From the IMG/VR virus record IMGVR_UViG_3300037424_000434, positions 1-64,000 of that record: a DNA stretch of 64,000 bases. One strand, given 5' to 3'. This document shows, piece by piece, positions 57,295-64,000 of the stretch (the stretch's first letter is position 1; every line of letters starts with the position of its first letter). The position numbers and the translations under genes are program-made. This DNA comes from a virus (taxonomy: Duplodnaviria > Caudoviricetes). The notes under the pieces were generated by a model, which ran no database searches, was not told the DNA's origin, and saw only the letters and a list, made by a program, of their open reading frames with translations.

Positions 57295-58011
57295 ATGATT
57301 CAGTTAAGAGGTGGAGCACAAACAGGTTCGGTTAAAATGGACCGTATTCAAGAATTTGACGATAGAAGCAGAAATTTTCCTATTAGGCAATTAATAGGCG
57401 CAAGCACACCAAGATCTTATACTTGGCGCTGTAATGCTCAGCTTGACCAAGGGGCCGAGGGGTCGTGTGTGGGGTTTGGTGTAACACACGAACTCATTGC
57501 CCGGCCTGCCGAAGTCAAAGGTCTTGATGAGAAATATGCCAAAGAACAAATATACTGGGAAGCCCAAAAAAATGATCCATGGGATGGTGGTTCGTACCCC
57601 GGAGCAACACCTTTTTATGAGGGAACCAGTGTGTTGGCCGGAGTTAAACAGGCACACAAACTTGGATGGATGGAGTCTTATCACTGGGCATTCGGGATTG
57701 AAGACCTGAAAATGGGGGTAGGATATCATGGTCCTGCTGTTATCGGTATCAACTGGTATTCTGGCATGTTTATCCCTGACAGTAATGGATTTATTCATGC
57801 ATCGGGATATGTTGCCGGTGGGCATTGTATTCTAGTGAATTCTGTTAACATAAAAAAGCAAAGATTCACTCTTCATAACTCTTGGGGCGCAAATTGGGGT
57901 ATAAAGGGTGAGTGCTATATATCATTTGATGATATGAATCTTTTGTTGAAAGATCGAGGAGAAGCTGTATTCTTTTTGAAACGCCATAATAAACCACAAT
58001 TGGAGCAATAA
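57295..58011 (+). CDS. papain-like (C1) cysteine peptidase
   Basis: LDQGAEGSCVGF, GGHC, LHNSWG. Confidence 0.88.
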   Translation: MIQLRGGAQTGSVKMDRIQEFDDRSRNFPIRQLIGASTPRSYTWRCNAQLDQGAEGSCVGFGVTHELIARPAEVKGLDEKYAKEQIYWEAQKNDPWDGGSYPGATPFYEGTSVLAGVKQAHKLGWMESYHWAFGIEDLKMGVGYHGPAVIGINWYSGMFIPDSNGFIHASGYVAGGHCILVNSVNIKKQRFTLHNSWGANWGIKGECYISFDDMNLLLKDRGEAVFFLKRHNKPQLEQ

Positions 58012-58012
58012 T

Positions 58013-58378
58013 ATGAGGTTTGCCCAATATTTGACAGAAGAGATGAGATAGGAAACAAAGAAATATGATGGGGATTTTCCGTGGAAAAGTGATGTATATC
58101 CCGATTTGATCATTAAAGTATGGAATGAATCCAAAATTATTGCATTAATTTATGCAACAAAACTTTCAACTACAGGTATTCAGGTTGAATATGCCGTAAT
58201 ACTTGATGAAAAGATGAGAGGAAAGGGTGTCTATACAGAAATCATATCTCATTTAAACAAACAATATGAGATTGTATCGGACGAAGATAGCAATAACTCA
58301 GCAAAAGAAATATATAAAAAACTGGGAGCAGATTACCAACGAGGTAGATATGTTCTTAAAAGAGGTACAGTGAAATGA
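58013..58378 (+). pseudogene. GNAT-like ORF with an in-frame TAG at codon 13 (58049-58051)
   Basis: MRFAQYLTEEMR*ETKKY...EKMRGKGVYTEII...SAKEIYKKLG; the track reports only the part from 58106. Confidence 0.7.
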
Positions 58379-58653
58379 GATTAGAAAAACTTATAAATGA
58401 GGGGCTGTTTAACAACAAGAAAAGACAGGCTCTCATTGAATCTATTCCCGAAATCAGAGAATTAGAATTCACCAAGCATCAACATCAAACCTTTGAACTG
58501 TGTCCATCGTGGATCGAACGACTTGAACAAAAGGGAATAAACGAAACCTTGTTTAAAAAGAGACAACAATTGGTTGCAACTATTCACAGGAAAATAGATG
58601 AGTCTGATCTAACAGAAAAAGACAAAGAGAACTTGAAAAAGAGGTATTCATGA
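58375..58653 (+). CDS. small protein (MRLEKLINE)
   Basis: GAGG RBS. Confidence 0.65.
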   Translation: MRLEKLINEGLFNNKKRQALIESIPEIRELEFTKHQHQTFELCPSWIERLEQKGINETLFKKRQQLVATIHRKIDESDLTEKDKENLKKRYS

Positions 58654-58913
58654 AATTACGGAAATATTTAACTGAAGACAAAGAATTTGCACAATACTTG
58701 TTCGGTCAACTAGATTCCAGAGCCAATGATCTTAAAAGAGGTGTATCCAAAGGATCAATGCTTGCCGCAGAATTTGCGGATATGACGAAAAGTGATAAAT
58801 TAAAGTTTTTTAATGAAAAAGTTATACCCTTGTACCGTAAACACAGATCACCAGAGAAATGGTCGGAAGAATTGCATTTATTTATACGAAACGTTTTTGG
58901 GGAATTGTCATGA
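58650..58913 (+). CDS. small protein (MKLRKYLTE)
   Basis: GAGG RBS, ATGA overlap. Confidence 0.7.
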   Translation: MKLRKYLTEDKEFAQYLFGQLDSRANDLKRGVSKGSMLAAEFADMTKSDKLKFFNEKVIPLYRKHRSPEKWSEELHLFIRNVFGELS

Positions 58914-59410
58914 AATTTCAACGTTACCTACAAGAAGAATATGTAGATACTGTTGTATATAAACAATATCAATCAGAATTATTCGTCAATCCATCCCGGA
59001 GTGAGTTGACGGATTTAAAAGACGCTTCTCCCGGTGGATATCGGTTTGTGGTTGACACCAAATACAAAAAAATCTATATGGTTTCAAGTGAAATTTTACA
59101 TGAGGATCTGTTTGAAATAAAACCCAATTTATTGCCAAACTTCGATTTTGCCGATTATTACACCAAAGGATTGAATACTGACAGGGTTTTTACTGGAAGT
59201 GGGGAGTGGGGCAAAAAAATTATATCTGATTCATGGAGTATTCATGGGGATATACAACGATACGCAGGCAATGATAAAACTGTAAAAAAGATGACAAAAC
59301 TCTATAATACTGATATGACATGGATTAACCGATACATACCCCAAAAAGACATTAAGGAAATAATAGACAAGCTAATAAAAAGGATTGAGAGTTTTCCCAA
59401 AAAATACTGA
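58910..59410 (+). CDS. paralog of 56830-57288 (MKFQRYLQE)
   Basis: ATGA overlap; aligned motifs. Confidence 0.75.
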   Translation: MKFQRYLQEEYVDTVVYKQYQSELFVNPSRSELTDLKDASPGGYRFVVDTKYKKIYMVSSEILHEDLFEIKPNLLPNFDFADYYTKGLNTDRVFTGSGEWGKKIISDSWSIHGDIQRYAGNDKTVKKMTKLYNTDMTWINRYIPQKDIKEIIDKLIKRIESFPKKY

Positions 59411-59631
59411 AATAAAGTATTGACACCCATTCTATTTTGTTCTATGCTGTATTTGTGTTTAGACCCGAACTATAAAGGTTATGGATCATGCCTCTTGTTG
59501 AAATAATATGTTGTGATTGTCAATGTCATTTGGGCTGGCTGGTCGATACGGGCCATGACAGCATGTCTTTTTGTGACGAATGCGTAGAAGAAGACGAAAC
59601 CATTCAGGATGAAGAGGAAAGATAAGGAAAG

Positions 59632-59925
59632 ATGGTAAACTATACAGACTACCATTATAGACCCACTCGACCAGATGAAAAATATACTGTATTCATGATG
59701 TATGACCAACATGGCCACAAAACAGAATATTATGCAGTGAAAGAATGTACCAGTCCACCGCTCAAACCGCTATTACTAGCACATTTATGTGTCATGGTCA
59801 CATATGATCACGAAAAGGAGACACATATACTTATAAAAAACCGAATGAGTGTTAGAGTGCCCAATATTGTGTACCACAGAAAACCCGAACAACATAACCT
59901 ACCCGAAGAATTGTTCATTATATAA
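59632..59925 (+). CDS. hypothetical protein ending NLPEELFII
   Basis: AAGGA RBS; shared C-terminal motif. Confidence 0.65.
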   Translation: MVNYTDYHYRPTRPDEKYTVFMMYDQHGHKTEYYAVKECTSPPLKPLLLAHLCVMVTYDHEKETHILIKNRMSVRVPNIVYHRKPEQHNLPEELFII

Positions 59926-60041
59926 AATTGATAAATACTCCCGAATGGCTATGTTCGGGAGTATTTTGACTTTAAGGAAAATACCCAATCAATAAATAAA
60001 CAATTGTTCAATATTTTGACAATATAAAAAGGAGAGATACG

Positions 60042-60269
60042 ATGACAGATATTAATGAAATCACAAACAAATACCTTGGAGAAGCACTCTCGGGTGACCA
60101 AAAATCCATGCTAAAGGATCAAGATGTTATCCTTGACGCTATTATGGACATGACAGACAAATCCGAAATCAAAAAAATTAGTCAAATGATTAAAGACTTC
60201 AAATCCAAATATCCCGGCCATGGTGCTGACCTAACCAAGCTATTGGACAAAGAGGCGAGAGGTCTGTGA
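60042..60269 (+). CDS. small protein (MTDINEITNKYLGE)
   Basis: AAGGAG RBS. Confidence 0.7.
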   Translation: MTDINEITNKYLGEALSGDQKSMLKDQDVILDAIMDMTDKSEIKKISQMIKDFKSKYPGHGADLTKLLDKEARGL

Positions 60270-60595
60270 AGAAAATCACAAAAAACATTGCAACAATTGA
60301 ACACAACGGGCAGGAGTTCACTCGAACCCTATCCGAAATATACTAACCCCCTAATATCGGAATGTGTATGCTTGATAAAGAGATTGTTATTATATTCCTA
60401 ATGCGTAAATATTCCATTTCAATGGATCAAGCGTGTGAATACCTTGATGATCTAATCGAATCTTTGTATGAAGAGAAAAGGGTTACAGAATTTCGGATGG
60501 AATCATAGTAAACACTAATACTCCCTTCATATTGTCATTTAACCCTTGGCGTGTTATGTTCGTCCAATGGTTTTCTTTTCCTAAAGAGGTATTAT

Positions 60596-60907
60596 ATGTC
60601 CCATTTTACGTTATCGGCCAGAGTCAAGTCAAGTATAACAGACAGGGTTGCTGTTAGTCCAGACTACCGAATAGCAAAAATTAGCGACAGGGTTGATACA
60701 TCCTTATGTGCATGTCATGTACAAGGACAACGGGTACTGTTGAAACCCGCTGACCACAACAACGAACTATTTTATTTTGTTGACAATGACACTTACATCG
60801 TAGTACGATATGCTATGGTGTCTATCCATGACATAGACTATATTTTGGATGATGAGGCCCCCCTCATGCCTTGCATCAAATTAGATGAAGAGCTATTTAT
60901 TCTATGA
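60596..60907 (+). CDS. hypothetical protein ending KLDEELFIL
   Basis: AGAGG RBS before ATG 60596. Confidence 0.65.
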   Translation: MSHFTLSARVKSSITDRVAVSPDYRIAKISDRVDTSLCACHVQGQRVLLKPADHNNELFYFVDNDTYIVVRYAMVSIHDIDYILDDEAPLMPCIKLDEELFIL

Positions 60908-61116
60908 TATATGCACAGGGAACCGTTTTGTATAGAGACCCCGATATCCGTTGTACTGTATTGGACTATGACATGAAGACAGGAACATATTGTTTATATT
61001 GGATCAAATCGGGAGCGACGGCATATTGGGGGGCGTATACGGTCAATACTTACCTAAAACCATTACCACCACAACCAACCATTTTCGAGGACAACGAGGA
61101 GTTGTTTCTGTTATGA
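60904..61116 (+). CDS. hypothetical protein ending FEDNEELFLL
   Basis: ATGA overlap. Confidence 0.65.
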   Translation: MIYAQGTVLYRDPDIRCTVLDYDMKTGTYCLYWIKSGATAYWGAYTVNTYLKPLPPQPTIFEDNEELFLL

Positions 61117-61421
61117 AGAAATTCAAAAAGGGAGATAGAGTTGTTTTAAATACACCCAATAACGTGGGATCATTTGGTGCCTACAGTGTTTTGTGGAAAA
61201 AGTTTTGGCGGGACAACAAATCAACCATATTTATCATCGATACAGTTCACCCGAAACGCCCTTCGTACACTATAAAAACAGAAAGTGGTTCATCTGTATA
61301 CTACCAAGATTTCCCCGAAACCGGTACTGTCGCCCATTTTTGGGAAAATGAGATTATAGCAACACCAACACTTCCAGCAATACAACCAATCACGTTTGAT
61401 GAGGAATTGTTCCTACTATGA
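61113..61421 (+). CDS. hypothetical protein (KKGDRVV, SH3/KOW-like start) ending FDEELFLL
   Basis: ATGA overlap; GAGGAG upstream. Confidence 0.65.
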   Translation: MKKFKKGDRVVLNTPNNVGSFGAYSVLWKKFWRDNKSTIFIIDTVHPKRPSYTIKTESGSSVYYQDFPETGTVAHFWENEIIATPTLPAIQPITFDEELFLL

Positions 61422-61441
61422 TGTTCTGAAAAAAGTTCAAC

Positions 61442-61723
61442 TTGAAACCACGAATTGTCGTTATTACAGTCGAGGGAAGAGAACCCCAGTATGCAATAAA
61501 ATGTTTTTGGTTATATTTGGACATACTAGGTTACAACAAACAACGTTGGTTTACACGAAGTTCTCCTTTGTTTGGGTGTTGTTTAACAGTAAGCAAAGAT
61601 AAAATAATGCGCATACATCAACAGCTTGGCCGGAAGACAAAAAAACGTGTCCATATAGAGACACTTCTTGAATGCACCCCTCCTACACTCATAGACCCGC
61701 CCCCCGGAAGATTCCCATATTGA
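61442..61723 (+). CDS. hypothetical protein
   Basis: 93 aa, Pro-rich C-terminus. Confidence 0.5.
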   Translation: MKPRIVVITVEGREPQYAIKCFWLYLDILGYNKQRWFTRSSPLFGCCLTVSKDKIMRIHQQLGRKTKKRVHIETLLECTPPTLIDPPPGRFPY

Positions 61724-61820
61724 TCAGTCCCTCCATCGAATGGGAATAATCAAATAACATTTGTTTACATCTAGTACCATATATGATACCTTCTTATAAT
61801 CAAATACAAGAAGGTATCAC

Positions 61821-62294
61821 ATGTCAAGGACAGAAAGGTTTAAATCAAAAAAAGACACCGCAGAAGAAAAACAAATAGTATCAATACTCAACAAAAGACT
61901 CACACCTCTGTTCAACGTGATTCACAATGAAACACCCAATAACCATTACGACTTTGATCTATATAATAATCAAGGAATAAGAGTATCAATTATAGAATTC
62001 AAACGTCGATATATCAACTCTGATACATACCCAACATGGGTAATAGCCAAGATAAAACTGGAAAGACTCGTCTCCATAGCACAAGAACTGAACTGCAAAC
62101 CCATATGGATCTTTGGTTTCAACAATGAATATAGATTTGTTAATGTCTTGAAACTATCACCCGATGACCTAGGACAAGTGACGGAAATTAGAAGAGACAA
62201 ACCACGATATGGTAATAGAGTAGGGGTGTCTGATGTGGAAGACGGATACAAAGTGAAAGATTCACCTGTATGGAAGAAAATATCAATTAATTGA
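61821..62294 (+). CDS. PD-(D/E)xK nuclease-fold protein
   Basis: E..I...YDFDLY...IEFKRR. Confidence 0.65.
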   Translation: MSRTERFKSKKDTAEEKQIVSILNKRLTPLFNVIHNETPNNHYDFDLYNNQGIRVSIIEFKRRYINSDTYPTWVIAKIKLERLVSIAQELNCKPIWIFGFNNEYRFVNVLKLSPDDLGQVTEIRRDKPRYGNRVGVSDVEDGYKVKDSPVWKKISIN

Positions 62295-62313
62295 GAGGAT
62301 ATAGGTAACCACT

Positions 62314-62592
62314 ATGAGAAAACAAGACAATCTACCAACAAACCCTGTATACCAAGATACACTATACCGCATCATGATAAGAATGGGCCGGGATGAAGTG
62401 TTTAGATATAGAATATATCAAAAGAAATTCGCTTTCTGGATATTTCCTTATTGGGAGGATATTGATGATTGGGATCTTGGCTGGGACACCAAAAAAGATG
62501 CCATGAATCATATTGATTATATCCGCAAAGAAAATAAAAAATATGACGAAAGAAAAAAGAAAATAAAACAGTACAGGAAAAAAGGATATTAG
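62314..62592 (+). CDS. hypothetical protein
   Basis: GAGGA RBS. Confidence 0.6.
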   Translation: MRKQDNLPTNPVYQDTLYRIMIRMGRDEVFRYRIYQKKFAFWIFPYWEDIDDWDLGWDTKKDAMNHIDYIRKENKKYDERKKKIKQYRKKGY

Positions 62593-62676
62593 CCAAAATA
62601 ACCGTTGACTCCTAAATATTACTTTGATAAACTCTATTTGTAAACAAGATGACACAACAAATAAAAGGGGTCCATC

Positions 62677-62934
62677 ATGAAACGGAAGCTTTCTTTCGAA
62701 AAAGCAAAAGCTTTATATGTTTATCGGTATACCATGGACCATGTTCCAGTTTGGGCAAAAAAGCCCTGTTCTGCCGGGAAATATTACGCTCCCCAATATA
62801 AATCCGATCTTGAGTGGTTCGAGAACACTGTCTTTCCCGGTGAAAAAGGTGTTCATAGTACCAGTACGAAATGCGATACCACCAATCAATCATGGCCTCT
62901 CGGTGTCTGGCTAGATTCACCTTACTCGAAATAA
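62677..62934 (+). CDS. conserved hypothetical protein
   Basis: YVYRYTMDHVP.WA...YAPQY.SD.EWFENT.FPG. Confidence 0.65.
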   Translation: MKRKLSFEKAKALYVYRYTMDHVPVWAKKPCSAGKYYAPQYKSDLEWFENTVFPGEKGVHSTSTKCDTTNQSWPLGVWLDSPYSK

Positions 62935-62958
62935 TAAAAAAATAACTGAAAATAATCC

Positions 62959-63010
62959 TTGACTTTTATAAGTAACCTTGATAAGATGTATATGTAAGAC
63001 GGACGGAACA
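62959..63010 (+). promoter_or_regulatory. early promoter/leader, copy 2
   Basis: TTGACT-17-TAAGAT; matches 25161-25212. Confidence 0.8.
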
Positions 63011-63035
63011 CTAACTCTAAAAAAGGAGAATCACC

Positions 63036-63218
63036 ATGAAATTCGGATCTGTGGTAAACGTGTCCAAGGGTAGCAACAAATCGGTGGTCGGTAAAGTTGT
63101 CGGCATGAAAGGCAAAATGGCCAAAGTCAAGCAGGAATCCTACTCCAAACAAGAAGCTCTCGAAGCCGAATTGTTCGGTGGTGTCTGGGTTCGCAAATCC
63201 CAAGTGTCTTCTCTCTAA
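63036..63218 (+). CDS. small KOW/SH3-like early protein
   Basis: AAGGAG RBS; VVGKVVG..GKMAKV. Confidence 0.65.
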   Translation: MKFGSVVNVSKGSNKSVVGKVVGMKGKMAKVKQESYSKQEALEAELFGGVWVRKSQVSSL

Positions 63219-63755
63219 AAAAGACACTTCACCAAAACAAAAAGCGCAATATTCAATGATTGCGCTTTTTGTTATCCAATGGGGGGCAAATGAATCACTA
63301 TAAATGGCTAAACAATAACCTGAAAGAATTTTTCGACAAGCTTAATTTGAACTCAGATTATTGTGATGGCATTATTTCTGCCGATGGGGACAAATGTTAC
63401 CAATACCGGGATACTTGGGAAAAACATGGCATTCCTTTTAATCATATATCCATCCAAATGAACCCCTACAAGCAATCTTTCTCTCCAAAGATGCCATAAC
63501 CGTATTAGAAGAAATTTGTAATAAGGATTATTAATAAAACACAGTCTCTTTACATTTTCACCCCAATATGATATCCTTCTATTAATGAACCAGTAGAAGG
63601 ATATTTTTTATCCATAATCACTGACCACAAAAAACCCCAAAAACAATTCTCATGGCTGGTAATGCAATTGAACCACGCAAATGACTAGTTTAATATACAG
63701 TAAACCACTCATTGAATAATATACTAGTCATTATCATAAAAAAGGAAGGTCAAAT

Positions 63756-64000
63756 ATGTTAGAAAAAGGGGATATTGTATACTTTACATCCGAACGTATT
63801 AAGAGAGCTCAAATTGATAAAAACAACCCCAATAGAGCAGATCAATATATACTGAAAAACGCCTACAAAAAATGTATCGTTGATCGTGTCTCATATTGGG
63901 ATAATAAAAGACATATCCGATTAGTCGGTTATCGAAGAGTGTATAATGAAAACTCTTTGACCAAAATAAAACCACCATCACCCTCACAATACATGTTAAA
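63756..64000 (+). CDS. partial ORF running off the window (MLEKGDIVYF...KPPSP)
   Basis: AAGGAAGG RBS; no stop before the window end. Confidence 0.6.
   Translation, partial: MLEKGDIVYFTSERIKRAQIDKNNPNRADQYILKNAYKKCIVDRVSYWDNKRHIRLVGYRRVYNENSLTKIKPPSPSQYML

Overview
64 kb of a large T4-like (myovirus-type) dsDNA phage genome, probably with a Gram-negative host (two-component spanin). It carries the T4-style replication set: gp44/gp62 clamp loader, gp45 clamp, family-B polymerase, gp41-like helicase, UvsW and UvsY. It uses sigma70-like early promoters and T4-like TATAAATA late promoters. Highlights: (1) a four-gene ubiquitin-like conjugation module (Ubl, E2-like, E1/ThiF, JAB) at 6336-9335; (2) a replicative helicase split over three ORFs by two split inteins, with a group I intron three codons after the second intein (19101-23267); (3) a complete deamidating NAD+ salvage route (PncA-PncB-NadD-NadE plus Nudix) at 34879-39005; (4) about 20 genes with a T4 capsid-targeting-like N-terminus, several fused to enzyme domains; (5) seven early ORFs sharing a C-terminal acidic-hydrophobic tail; (6) three homing-endonuclease insertions that each leave a duplicated N-terminal stub of the target gene. 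I saw no tRNA genes or CRISPR arrays. All protein calls come from motifs read by eye, not database searches.
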